DNA of 64,000 nt from Clostridium sp. (GTDB lineage Bacteria; Bacillota; Clostridia; Oscillospirales; Acutalibacteraceae), in contig CP181261.1 in NCBI GenBank assembly GCA_047833665.1, forward strand, positions 2,170,889 to 2,234,888, written 5' to 3'. Positions 47,012 through 56,938 of this stretch are shown here, piece after piece. How positions within the stretch are numbered: position 1 is the stretch's first letter; every line of letters begins with the position of its first letter. The position numbers and the translations under genes are program-made. The notes beneath the pieces are model-generated. The model saw only the letters and a program-made list of their open reading frames with translations, had not been told where the DNA came from and did not search any database.

Positions 47012-48816
47012 ACCTTTCCACCACTTTCTATAAATATTTTTAAAGAATAAGGCGCCATGTTAGTTTTTAATTGGCTTTTATACGGTTCAATGTCTTGATT
47101 ATAAAAGCCTGTTTCGTTAGAAATCCTTTCTGCAACAACAGTTTCTCCCTCTATCATTTCTAACCAGTCACGTTGCTGATCTAAAAGAGGCACAGTCACA
47201 ATCTGTTCCTGTTCACTGGGATTTAACACAATGTAAATGTTCTGCTCGGAAACAGAACGAATAAACCCATATATACCTGTTTCGGGATTACAAATATTTG
47301 TACGAAAACTGCCCGTGTTTAAAGCATCGTATTTTTTACGGATACCAATTAATTGACGATACCAGTCAATTAGCATGTGGTTATGCTGGTCTTTATCCCA
47401 TGGCATGGCTCTGCGGCAATCCGGGTCATTTGCTCCTGTTAAACCAATTTCGTCTCCATAAAATATTGCTGGGCATCCTGGAAAAGTCATCATAAACGCA
47501 ACTGCCAGCTTTAATTTTCGTATATCGCCTCCACAATCATATAAAAATCGAGGTGTATCGTGACTATCTAACAGATTATACATACATTGGCGGGTCGTTT
47601 CAGGGTACAACGAAAGCATGTAATTGATTCGGTTGTCAAATTCCAGCACATCAATTTTTTCTTTCGCCAACCAATCGGTGACCGCATCTTTAAACAAGTA
47701 GTTCATAGCACCGTCCAAGCGATTTCCAAGCACTAATCGCCCGGCATCGCCCCAGCTTTCCCCAATCAGAACAGTGTCTGGAAAGTCTCTTTTGATAGAG
47801 GCGGAAAAACTTTCCCAAAACCGCCCTTCAATTTCATCAGCGACATCCAATCGCCATCCATCAATTCCATATTTTTCAATCCAATACCGCCCAACGTTGA
47901 TAAAATATTCCCGAGTCTCCGGATTGGCCAAATTTAATTTTGGCATCCATTTGTAATAACCGACACATTCATAATTGGGTGGATCTATCTTCACCGGAAA
48001 TTCCAAAGGAAAAAACCAGTTTTTATAACGAGATTGATTGCCATTTTTCAATAAATCCTGAAAGGGAGGAAAATAATATCCACTATGATTAAAAACACCA
48101 TCCAAAATAATCCGAATGCCTTTTTCATGGCATTTTTCCGTCAAGTTTAATAGATCTTTTTCTGTGCCAAACTGTGGGTCAATCTTGTAGTAATCAATGG
48201 TATCGTATTTATGATTGGAATATCCTTTGAAGATTGGGTTTAGATAAATACAAGTGATTCCTAAATGAACCAAATAATCAATACGATCCAGAATTCCAGC
48301 CAAATCCCCACCCATTACATTATCGCGTGTTGGAACAGAATCCCAAGGAACTACGTCTACGGGATCATTTGTCCTATCTCCATTTTTAAACCGGTCAGGA
48401 AATATTTGATAATATATTTGTCGTTTGCACCAATCAGGAGCTTGATGTCCATCCTGAATATTCGGAAAAAGATATTCAAAGAAATCATTTTCCGGTTTCA
48501 GATTTTGAGATTGAGTACCATACCGGCCATACCACACTGTTTGATTTCCATCGCTCAGCTCAAAGTAATAACGTATGTAACATGCTGTTTTTGGGAATAC
48601 TGCTTCCACTTCGAAATAATCATGGTATGCGTCTCGTAATACACACCGCATGGGTATACGTTTGAATTTCGGAAAATTCTCATATCTTCGCCAACACACA
48701 AGCGTGCAGTTCTTTATATCTTTTCTGGCCGCTTGAAAGCGAAATATGAGTTTATTAGAAGCAGTTGGATAAACGAAATCTTCAATAGGGCGATGTACTA
48801 AAGCGGCTGTATTCAT
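47008..48816 (-). CDS. intracellular GH13 neopullulanase / cyclomaltodextrinase-type enzyme
   Basis: DGVFNHSG, GWRLDVADE, IGESWG and LLDSHDTPR motifs. The start was set at MNTAALV (48816), which has an AAGGAG RBS. The ORF track extends to 48861. Confidence 0.85.
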   Translation of the reverse strand: MNTAALVHRPIEDFVYPTASNKLIFRFQAARKDIKNCTLVCWRRYENFPKFKRIPMRCVLRDAYHDYFEVEAVFPKTACYIRYYFELSDGNQTVWYGRYGTQSQNLKPENDFFEYLFPNIQDGHQAPDWCKRQIYYQIFPDRFKNGDRTNDPVDVVPWDSVPTRDNVMGGDLAGILDRIDYLVHLGITCIYLNPIFKGYSNHKYDTIDYYKIDPQFGTEKDLLNLTEKCHEKGIRIILDGVFNHSGYYFPPFQDLLKNGNQSRYKNWFFPLEFPVKIDPPNYECVGYYKWMPKLNLANPETREYFINVGRYWIEKYGIDGWRLDVADEIEGRFWESFSASIKRDFPDTVLIGESWGDAGRLVLGNRLDGAMNYLFKDAVTDWLAKEKIDVLEFDNRINYMLSLYPETTRQCMYNLLDSHDTPRFLYDCGGDIRKLKLAVAFMMTFPGCPAIFYGDEIGLTGANDPDCRRAMPWDKDQHNHMLIDWYRQLIGIRKKYDALNTGSFRTNICNPETGIYGFIRSVSEQNIYIVLNPSEQEQIVTVPLLDQQRDWLEMIEGETVVAERISNETGFYNQDIEPYKSQLKTNMAPYSLKIFIESGGKV

Positions 48817-48820
48817 TTTA

Positions 48821-49849
48821 CTATCTCCTTTTAGATTTTTGAGTAGAATCTCGTTCAACAATTTTAGTTGATATTAAAATCTGACGGCTGCTTCTATCTC
48901 TATCTTTAATTTTTCCAATTAAAATAGAAGCGGCTTGTTCGCCTAACCCCAAGGTATCGATATCTACTGTTGTAATAGCAGGTTCGGAAAGCTCGGCAAC
49001 CGGTGAATTGTCAAAACAAATAATTCCAAACTCCTCAGGAACAGCGATGCTTTTTTTTCTTGCTGCGCGAAGCGCACCGATTGCAAGATAAAAGTCACTG
49101 CAAATGACAGCATCCGGTCTCTTTTGATTTTCGAACAATTGCAGCATTGTCGCCATGCCTGCTTCTGCACTCGATTCGCAGTGACATATCCAATCATCTA
49201 TAACCGGAATTCCAAGTTTGTTTAAAGCACGGCTGTAGCCAGTGATTCTGTCTTGATTAAAAATTTCATTATCTCCATTCGATAAAAAAGCTATGTTACG
49301 ATATCCGTTTTCTATTAAGTGATTTACCGCTATGACTCCTCCCTGTATATTATTGATATCAACCCAATTGCTGTCAGCATCAAGCATTTTAGGGTCTCCA
49401 AGAATAACATAAGGAAACTTAACCTGATTTAATTTTCTTATAAAAGAACAATCTATAATAGAATTTGGCAAAATAATACCATCCACTTTTTTCCCAAACA
49501 CTAATTTTTCCGCAGATGTCATGTCATCCGTTTGTATACGTCCGTTTGTGATAATTAAATTGTAATTATTCTGATGTGCAACTGTTTCAATCCCAAAAAC
49601 ACTATTGTTAAAAAAGTTATTCGAAAAAGAGCGCGCATTGACCACGTCAATTACCAATGCGATAGCAGATGTACTTCCATTAGCAAAACTGCGGGCCGTA
49701 TCATTTGGGACATAATCTAATTCCTTCATGATTTTCAAAACACGCTCTCGCGTTTTGGCTGAAATAACCCCTTTATTGTTGATGATTCGTGATACAGTAG
49801 ATGTAGACACACCTGCTGCTTTTGCAACATCGTTAATTGTAGCTGACAT
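48821..49849 (-). CDS. LacI-family transcriptional regulator
   Basis: N-terminal HTH MSATINDVAKAAGVSTSTVSRIINNKG followed by a periplasmic-binding-fold domain. Confidence 0.9.
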   Translation of the reverse strand: MSATINDVAKAAGVSTSTVSRIINNKGVISAKTRERVLKIMKELDYVPNDTARSFANGSTSAIALVIDVVNARSFSNNFFNNSVFGIETVAHQNNYNLIITNGRIQTDDMTSAEKLVFGKKVDGIILPNSIIDCSFIRKLNQVKFPYVILGDPKMLDADSNWVDINNIQGGVIAVNHLIENGYRNIAFLSNGDNEIFNQDRITGYSRALNKLGIPVIDDWICHCESSAEAGMATMLQLFENQKRPDAVICSDFYLAIGALRAARKKSIAVPEEFGIICFDNSPVAELSEPAITTVDIDTLGLGEQAASILIGKIKDRDRSSRQILISTKIVERDSTQKSKRR

Positions 49850-49859
49850 ACTTCCTCCT

Positions 49860-49875
49860 ATGCAACCGATTTACT
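49860..49875. promoter_or_regulatory. LacI/cre-type operator half-degenerate site
   Basis: aTGCAACCGATTTACt lies 10 nt upstream of the regulator start codon and shares TGCAACCGATT with the site at 49980. Confidence 0.45.
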
Positions 49876-49979
49876 AAAATATATTATATATTTTTTTATA
49901 TTATTTAATTTAAAATAGCTATATTATATATAAATTTCATCAAATATTTCTTGCATTTCAAAATTTAGCACTATAATTT

Positions 49980-49995
49980 ATGCAACCGATTGCAT
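49980..49995. promoter_or_regulatory. LacI/cre-type palindromic operator
   Basis: aTGCAACCGATTGCAt fits TGNAANCGNTTNCA-type operators. Confidence 0.55.
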
Positions 49996-50059
49996 TAATT
50001 ATAATATAACACCGACTGAATATTTGTCAATATCCCTTTTAAAATTTGTCTATATTTTT

Positions 50060-50932
50060 AAGAGGTTTTCAAATTAGAAACTCCGAAAAGCAAATTAGCT
50101 TGTGCTTAACAGTAACAGAATCAATTCTGGGCTTAAGCAAAATATGGACACAGACCAGTCTTCTGCACACTCCATCGGAGATGTTGTTAACAGCCATTGG
50201 AAAGAATCCGGAGTCCGACTACGCTGGTTCTGCGGCGTATTTTCATGTTCAGCCGTTCCAGCATATTGGTTAAGGAGATTTTACGAGCATCGAGTTCTGG
50301 AAAGACATAATAGTCTAGAGAATTATCCAGCCCATTTTGCAGGAAGTTAATTGTTTTTCGAAAGCGTTTTCCATACTGTTCTGATATTTCCTCCGCGCGT
50401 TGTCTGGCTATTTCAGCGGAAGATGCCAGCAAATTTTTTTAATTTATTAATTGAGCCGCAAAGGATTCTTTTCCTTCTGGGGTATATGAGCTAAAATATT
50501 CCGCATAAAATGGACTTTGCACAGTTGCCAGGAGGCTCCCGGAAAACTTTCGCAAATGGTTACAATCAGCCCTTTGTTCTTGTCCGAAATAACCAGAAGT
50601 GGTGTTTTCAGGCCACGATCGAAAAGACTTTGGGACAATTGATTATGCTTTTCTATGTATCCATTCAGCATTCGCTCTCTGGCGAGATCATCCCCATGAC
50701 TCTGGCTTGTTAAGGCTTTTCGTATTAACTCTTTGACTTGACGACTTGACTGCTGCAAAGATTATTGATTCTGCTGACGCCGCCGATAGCCACAGTTGTT
50801 ATCACTGCGGGACGGGTTATGTTTTTGGGACATTGGATTATTTTTCCTTTTCGGCATATCTTTTCACTATTCATTTTTTCGCAATTCCTATGATTTTCTA
50901 TGCCTTTAAATTGCGAACTTTATTGTACTCTA
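50060..50932 (-). pseudogene. degraded IS256-like element
   Basis: ORFs 50187..50432 and 50447..50758 match C-terminal parts of the 26951..28132 transposase (SWQLCKVHFMRNILAH, LERLNMKIRRRTSVVG). Ends with ...ttgcgaactttattgtactcta at 50932. Confidence 0.8.
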
Positions 50933-51206
50933 GGGGGTGCGGACAAAAAGTTGGACTGAATACACTCAGAAAGGAGATAGGGGATGTATTCAGAGGAAGA
51001 ATATCGCAAAGCCCCGGAGGTTTATGAAGAAACGAGATCGGTAACAAAAACAATAACGATTTTGGGATATCCGGCACGCAGGCAAACGCTATACAATTGG
51101 ATCAATCGAAAACGAATGTTGCCGGAAGACCCATGCACCTTTTGTGGATATAATACCCCGGAGCACCCTCGCCATCCACCTATAGAATTAAAGCTTGAGA
51201 TTTTAC

Positions 51207-52269
51207 TGTAGGTTTGTCAAACATATTGGACAGTATGGGAATGTAAAAATTCAGAAGGAGACAACCAATGAAGAGGACGCATCGGCATATTATTAGAGCG
51301 TCTTAAGTAGATGGAAAGTTGGTTTTCAAAGTCCGCTAAAGAGTAAAAATGGTGTTTGTCATAAAAGCGTTTTTGGTCTTCGCGATGACTGCGTTCCACT
51401 TTCCCGTTGTGCCTAGGGGTATAAGGACGAATTAACTTGTGCCGGATATGAAGTTTAGCGGCAGTGGCTTCGAACAACGTCAGCAGATGTTTCTTGGAAG
51501 GTGAGAAACGGTTGGTGAATTCAAAACCGTTGTCAGTTTGAACGCATTCTACACGAACGCCGCGCCGGGCAAACCATTCGACAGCTCGTTTTAGAAAGTC
51601 AGCAGAAGAGTAAGTACTCTGTTCAGGGTACGCTGCCAGAAAACGCAGCCTAGAAAATTCATCAATAGCTGTGTACTGGAAAAGCCGAAGCTCAGGGTTG
51701 GCAATACAGCGCTTTGGAACTACTTTTACATCGATCTGAATGCGCTCTCCGGGATGCGTCATTTGCTCGTATGGCTTTGGCTGATATTTCTTCTTTGGTT
51801 TTGATTCTGGGAACATTCCCATTCGGCGCATTACACGGAACAGACTTTCCGGACATCGTGTGTATCCCCGCTTTTTCAACCGAGACCATAGTTCAATCAT
51901 ACCGAGGTCGGGATTTCTGCGCCGCATGTCGCGAATCAGCTTTAACTCGGCAGGTGTATGCTGGTTTGGATGACTGTGAGGCCTCCTAGACCGGCAAGCC
52001 AACGATTCTAATGTACCGTCATACCGGGCCATCCAAAAATAGATAAAGGAACGGCTTTTGTTGTATTTTCGGCTTGCACGGCTAACACCGTACTTTTGAG
52101 CATAGATCATTAGGGATTGCCTAAACTTCATGTCTTGTGTTACACTATTCATGCAGAAATGGGCACTTCCTTTCGGTATGATTTGGTTTGTGTAGCTTTA
52201 TTTTAACCGATGTGTCCATTTCTGTATTTTATTTTTTCTCAACTGTCCAATATGTATTGTAGTCCTACA
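51207..52269 (-). mobile_element. 1063-bp rve-type IS, copy 3, nested in the IS3 transposase gene
   Basis: Same termini as copies 1 and 2. Flanked by the 27-bp direct repeat ctatagaattaaagcttgagattttac (51180-51206 and 52270-52296). Confidence 0.9.
51217..52152 (-). CDS. DDE (rve) transposase, IS481-like
   Basis: Translation is identical to 4522..5457. Confidence 0.9.
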   Translation of the reverse strand: MNSVTQDMKFRQSLMIYAQKYGVSRASRKYNKSRSFIYFWMARYDGTLESLACRSRRPHSHPNQHTPAELKLIRDMRRRNPDLGMIELWSRLKKRGYTRCPESLFRVMRRMGMFPESKPKKKYQPKPYEQMTHPGERIQIDVKVVPKRCIANPELRLFQYTAIDEFSRLRFLAAYPEQSTYSSADFLKRAVEWFARRGVRVECVQTDNGFEFTNRFSPSKKHLLTLFEATAAKLHIRHKLIRPYTPRHNGKVERSHREDQKRFYDKHHFYSLADFENQLSIYLRRSNNMPMRPLHWLSPSEFLHSHTVQYV

Positions 52270-53553
52270 CTATAGAATTAAAGCTTGAGATTTTACACCG
52301 TTGCTTTGAGCTGGGAGAAGATGTACAATTAGTATCAAATGAAGTGGGATATAGCACAGCAAGTATATATAACTGGCGGCGCAAATATATCCAGAAAGGT
52401 GCTGCGGCATTAATGAATGCATCCAATGAGCGAGCCAGAGGGAAACTCACAGAAGGAAAAGCTGCATCTTCAGAGGAACTTGATGAATTGAAAGCAAAAA
52501 TCCAAGATATGCAGTTAGAAATTGACATTCTGAAAAAAACAATTGATGTGCTAAAAAAAGACCCCGGCGTCAACAAGAGTCCCTTGAACAACAGGGAGAA
52601 GGCAGTAATTGTTGATGCCTTAAAAGAGAAGTATCCACTGCCTGTATTGATAAAAAAACTCAAACTGGCAAAGAGCAGCTATTACTATCAAAACAAACGG
52701 GTCAGTTTTGCAAAGAAGCATAAAGATGATTATCAAGCTGTTGCGACCATATTCCACAACAATAAGGAAAGATATGGATATCGTAGAATTAAAATAGTAT
52801 TGAACCGAGAGGGCTATACCCTATCCGAAAAGGTGATACGTAAAATTATGCGTGAAAATGGCTTGGTTGTGAAAGGCAGAAGAGCGAAGAAATACTGCTC
52901 TTACAAAGGAGAAATTAGCCCTGAAGTACCCAATGTGATTCTAAGAAATTTCAGAGCTCACAAGCCAAATCAGAAGTGGTTGACTGATGTGACAGAGTTC
53001 TCAATTCCAGCAGGAAAAGTATATTTGTCTCCTATTATTGACTGCTATGATGGTATGCCGGTAGCATGGAACATTAGCTGTAAACCAAACGCACAATTGG
53101 TGAATCGTATGCTGGATCGTGCAATCAGTACACTTGATCAAAATGCGCATCCGATTATTCATTCAGATCGAGGCTGTCACTATCGATGGCCGGGCTGGAT
53201 AGATCGAACCCGTAAGGCAGGATTGATCAGATCAATGTCTCAGAAGGGGTGCTCACCGGACAATTCAGCCTGTGAAGGTTTTTTTGGAAGGATGAAAAAT
53301 GAGATGTTCTACGGCCGTTCTTGGCAAGGTATCACAGTAGAAGATTTTATGCAGCAAATTGAAGCTTACATGGTATGGTATCGGGATATGAGAATCAAAA
53401 TATCTCTTGGAGGATTGAGTCCAACAGAATATAGAATCAAAATGGGATTAGGCATATAGTCCAATAAAATGTCCGCAGGCCCCTAAGTACGCGTTCAAAA
53501 CTTGACGTTCTTATTTTCACGCCTACAACGCCTACCAAAACGCCTACTTCAAA

Positions 53554-54935
53554 GGCTCTATAATAAATGTTGGGGTGTAACGAATAGAGCCTGAGAAAAA
53601 GAGTAAAAAAAAGTCGAGCATATTCGATGAAAAACCTTTAAAATGGAGATTACCACACCACCATTTGGGAGGTCATCGATATGCTCTGTACTCATTCTAT
53701 CGAAAAATTGCTTGGATTAAAAGGGGTAATCGTAAAAAATGTGAGGCAATTGCCTGATAAAACGGAAATTTTTATTGAGTTACCGAGAAAACCGCATGTT
53801 TGCCCCTGTTGTGGCCATCAAACCAGCTACGTTCATGATTACCGTTGTCAAACAGTAAAAGACATTCCCGCTTTTGGCAAACATACCTCCCTGATTCTAC
53901 GAAAGCGCCGATATCGCTGCCATTCTTGTGGAAAGCGTTTCTTTGAAGATAACTCGTTTTTGCCTAGATATCATCGCATGACAAACCGTTTAGCCTCATA
54001 TATCATTTCAAAGCTTTCCGACGTGCGTTCTTTTACCAGTGTAGCACGTGAAGTAAATCTTTCGGTTGCAACTATTATCCGGATTTTTGATTGTATCAAC
54101 TATGGTAAACCGCAGAAATTACCCGAAGTTGTATCGATTGATGAGTTTAAAGGCAATACAAGCGGCGAGAAATATCAGTGCATTCTGACCGATCCGGTCC
54201 GTCACCGAATCCTTGATATTCTTCCTGCTCGTTACAACCACAAACTGACAGAATATTTCGGCCAGCTTGACCGTTCTCAAACCAAACATTTTGTCAGCGA
54301 TATGTGGAGTACATATGCTAGTATTGCTCAAACATATTTTAAAGATTCCAATTATGTCATTGACAAATATCATTACATTCGCCAAGTATTTTGGGCCTTT
54401 GAAGCCGTTCGCAAGGAAGAACAGAAAAAATTCAGTAAAACCCGAAGAATTTATTTTAAACGCTCCCGAATCTTACTGAACAAGCGATATCAATTTCTCA
54501 CTCCGGAGCAAAAGCAACAGGTCGATCTTATGCTCTATGCCAGTAACCGTCTGCTGACAGCCTACTCTCTGAAAGAACAGTTTTTCAAAGTCCTTGAATC
54601 TTCTGACAGCGTGTCCGCACGGACAGCGCTATCCCATTGGATTATGGCCGCACAAAACAGTGAACTTTCAAGATTTGTTGCTTGTGGAAATACCATGGTC
54701 CGCTGGTCAAAAGGTATTCTAAATTCGTTTGATTGTCCTTACACCAATGGTTTTACCGAAGGGGTTAACAACAAGATTAAGGTTCTTAAACGCAATGCCT
54801 ACGGTTACCGTAATTTTCGTCGCTTTCGCAATCGTGTTCTTCACATATTCCATCATTCAAAACAAAATGGAGCAGCCTAATGCCGCTCCATTCGGTGTTT
54901 CCATTTTGGGTTACCCCAACTATTGACATAGAGCC
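53554..54935 (+). mobile_element. ISL3-family insertion sequence (1382 bp)
   Basis: IRs GGCTCTATAATAAATGTTGGGGTGTAAC and the reverse complement of GTTACCCCAACTATTGACATAGAGCC. 7-bp direct repeat cttcaaa (53547-53553 and 54936-54942). The uninterrupted target is visible at 41567-41580. Confidence 0.9.
53681..54880 (+). CDS. ISL3-family transposase
   Basis: 399 aa. Zinc-finger CPCCG..CHSCGKRF and a DDE_Tnp_ISL3-like core. Confidence 0.9.
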   Translation: MLCTHSIEKLLGLKGVIVKNVRQLPDKTEIFIELPRKPHVCPCCGHQTSYVHDYRCQTVKDIPAFGKHTSLILRKRRYRCHSCGKRFFEDNSFLPRYHRMTNRLASYIISKLSDVRSFTSVAREVNLSVATIIRIFDCINYGKPQKLPEVVSIDEFKGNTSGEKYQCILTDPVRHRILDILPARYNHKLTEYFGQLDRSQTKHFVSDMWSTYASIAQTYFKDSNYVIDKYHYIRQVFWAFEAVRKEEQKKFSKTRRIYFKRSRILLNKRYQFLTPEQKQQVDLMLYASNRLLTAYSLKEQFFKVLESSDSVSARTALSHWIMAAQNSELSRFVACGNTMVRWSKGILNSFDCPYTNGFTEGVNNKIKVLKRNAYGYRNFRRFRNRVLHIFHHSKQNGAA

Positions 54936-55042
54936 CTTCAAATTGCTTTTTGATTCCGATTTGTTCCGCTACATTCCAAATCAATATACGGCAAAACCCG
55001 CATGAACACTGGATTTTTCAGTATTCATGCGGGTTTTAAATA

Positions 55043-55408
55043 TGGTGGAGATGACGAGAATCGAACTCGTGTCCGAAGGATGCTCGCCAGAGCTTTCTAC
55101 GAGTGTAGCCGATATTTTAACATTCCCTCATCGTGACGCCAGTCGGCAGGCTTCACGATTTGGTAGCCTTTGATTCATGACCGAGGTAAAGGCGTTCCTC
55201 GGTTCACGTTCACCGCTGCTCGACGCCTTTATCCGGGCCGCGGTACTCCCGGTAAAGACGGCAACCTAATTAGGCTGCGTACGCCATCCTATAATTATAG
55301 TTAGCGTTTTCAGTTTTGTCGTTTATTTTTGCTTTGCGAAAATGAAGCATTTCGCGACGCTACTCGCTTACTCTGGTTCACAACCCCCGTCGAAACCTTT
55401 ACATCCCC
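55043..55408 (-). ncRNA. ssrA: tmRNA (transfer-messenger RNA)
   Basis: 5' GGGGATGTAAAGGTTTCGACGGGGG... and 3' ...GAGTTCGATTCTCGTCATCTCCACCA. The internal tag frame ends ...GCT AAC TAT AAT TAT AGG ATG GCG TAC GCA GCC TAA (..ANYNYRMAYAA*). Sits immediately downstream of smpB. Confidence 0.92.
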
Positions 55409-55417
55409 ATACTATTA

Positions 55418-55882
55418 TCAGCGATTTCGTTCTTTGAGCGCTCGCTCCATGTCGCGTTTTGCCGCTCTTGCCGCCATATCGGCGCGCTTATCGTACAACT
55501 TTTTGCCCTTACACAGTCCAACTTGTACTTTTACAAGTGAACCCTTAAAATAAAGAGAAAGAGGTATCAAAGCATAACCATCTTGTTTTACCAGACCAAA
55601 CAGCCTTAATATTTCCTTCTTATGCATCAAGAGACGGCGAACGCGCATCGGATCCGGATTAAAAATATTTCCGTGCTCATATGGGCTGATGTGCATTCCC
55701 CTAATTTGCAATTCTCCATTATCGATTGCACACCAAGCGTCTTTTAAGTTAACCTGACCTTTGCGGATGGATTTCACTTCCGTTCCACAAAGCTCAATAC
55801 CAGCCTCCATGCTTTCTTTAACAAAATAATCATGGTAGGCTTTTTTGTTTTTTGCAATCGTTTTGAAAGAATCTTTCTGCAT
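55418..55882 (-). CDS. smpB: SsrA-binding protein
   Basis: NKKAYHDYF and GTEVKS motifs. The start was set at MQKDSFK (55882); the ORF track extends to 55921. Confidence 0.92.
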   Translation of the reverse strand: MQKDSFKTIAKNKKAYHDYFVKESMEAGIELCGTEVKSIRKGQVNLKDAWCAIDNGELQIRGMHISPYEHGNIFNPDPMRVRRLLMHKKEILRLFGLVKQDGYALIPLSLYFKGSLVKVQVGLCKGKKLYDKRADMAARAAKRDMERALKERNR

Positions 55883-55960
55883 AAAAAGTCCCTTCTTTTC
55901 GGGAATTAGAGAATACCACATTTCCTGCCGGTTGTCAAGAGTTATGTAAACCGGCAGGAC

Positions 55961-56569
55961 TCAAATTTCACTGCGGCCTTCCAGCGCACGCGTCAAAGTA
56001 AATTCATCCGCATATTCCAGATCGCCGCCAACGGGGATACCATACGCCAAACGTGTCACTTTTACACCCATCGGTTTTAAAAGGCGTGAGATGTACATCG
56101 CGGTTGCCTCTCCTTCAACGGTAGGATTTGTGGCCATAATAACTTCCTTCACCGGCTGATTTTTATCCCCGATTCTAGCAAGAAGTTCTTTGATACACAG
56201 CTGATCCGGACCAATACCGTTCAGCGGAGAAATCACGCCATGCAGTACATGATACACTGCATTAAATTCGTGGGTGCGTTCCAGCGCAATTACATCGCGA
56301 GGATCTTCCACCACACAAATCACAGAATGGTCGCGCGCAGGATTGCGGCAAATGGGGCAAAGTTCTTCGTCGGTCAGGTTGCAGCAGATTTTACAGTAAT
56401 GAATTTTCTTGTGTGCGTCTAAAATTGCATCGGCAAGTTCTTTAACCCCTTCATCCGATAGTCCAAGTACATAATACGCCAAACGCTGCGCACTCTTGCG
56501 CCCAATGCCTGGCAGCTTTTCAAACTGATCAATCAAACGGGAAAGGGGCGGAATATGATAGGCTGACAT
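55961..56569 (-). CDS. recR: recombination protein RecR
   Basis: HhH N-terminus, Cys4 zinc finger [16 protein letters not shown], and a Toprim domain. Confidence 0.92.
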   Translation of the reverse strand: MSAYHIPPLSRLIDQFEKLPGIGRKSAQRLAYYVLGLSDEGVKELADAILDAHKKIHYCKICCNLTDEELCPICRNPARDHSVICVVEDPRDVIALERTHEFNAVYHVLHGVISPLNGIGPDQLCIKELLARIGDKNQPVKEVIMATNPTVEGEATAMYISRLLKPMGVKVTRLAYGIPVGGDLEYADEFTLTRALEGRSEI

Positions 56570-56572
56570 CGC

Positions 56573-56923
56573 TTACAAAAGTCCCGGTACAGCTAATCCG
56601 CCAGAAATTTTCTCCATACGCTCGGTTTTATCATTTGCCGCTGCGCGCAGGGCTTCGTTAACCGCGGCAATCACCAAATCGGACAGCATCTCAACATCTT
56701 CCGGGTCAACAACTTCCGGCTTAATTTCAATGGATTTGACTTCCATCTTTCCTGTCACAGTTGCATGAACCGCATCCCCACCGGAAGAAGCTGTATATTC
56801 TTTCTCCTCCAGTTCCCGAGTGGTTTGTTCCATCTTCTCCTGCAGTTTCTGTGCCTGACGCGCAATCTGCTGCAGATTGGACGCACCGCCTCCGCCATAT
56901 CCCTTGGGTAATCTTGCTTTCAT
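56573..56923 (-). CDS. ybaB: YbaB/EbfC-family nucleoid-associated protein
   Basis: 116 aa in the conserved dnaX-ybaB-recR arrangement. Confidence 0.88.
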   Translation of the reverse strand: MKARLPKGYGGGGASNLQQIARQAQKLQEKMEQTTRELEEKEYTASSGGDAVHATVTGKMEVKSIEIKPEVVDPEDVEMLSDLVIAAVNEALRAAANDKTERMEKISGGLAVPGLL

Positions 56924-56938
56924 AGAAATCTCCTCCTG

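Larger units (their letters stand above)
50984..53459 (+). pseudogene. IS3-family transposase (single 461-aa ORF when restored) interrupted by IS insertion
   Basis: Removing 1063 bp of IS plus one 27-bp repeat joins ORF 50984..51211 to ORF 52344..53459 in the same frame (..PPIELKLEILHRCFELGEDVQLVSNEVGYS..). The C-terminal part carries rve-domain motifs WLTDVTEF and HSDRGCHY. Confidence 0.8.
50932..53485 (+). mobile_element. IS3-family element carrying a nested rve-type IS
   Basis: Termini TAGGGGGTGCGGACAAAAAGTTGGAC and the reverse complement of GTCCAATAAAATGTCCGCAGGCCCCTA. It abuts the IS256 relic terminus directly. Confidence 0.8.
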
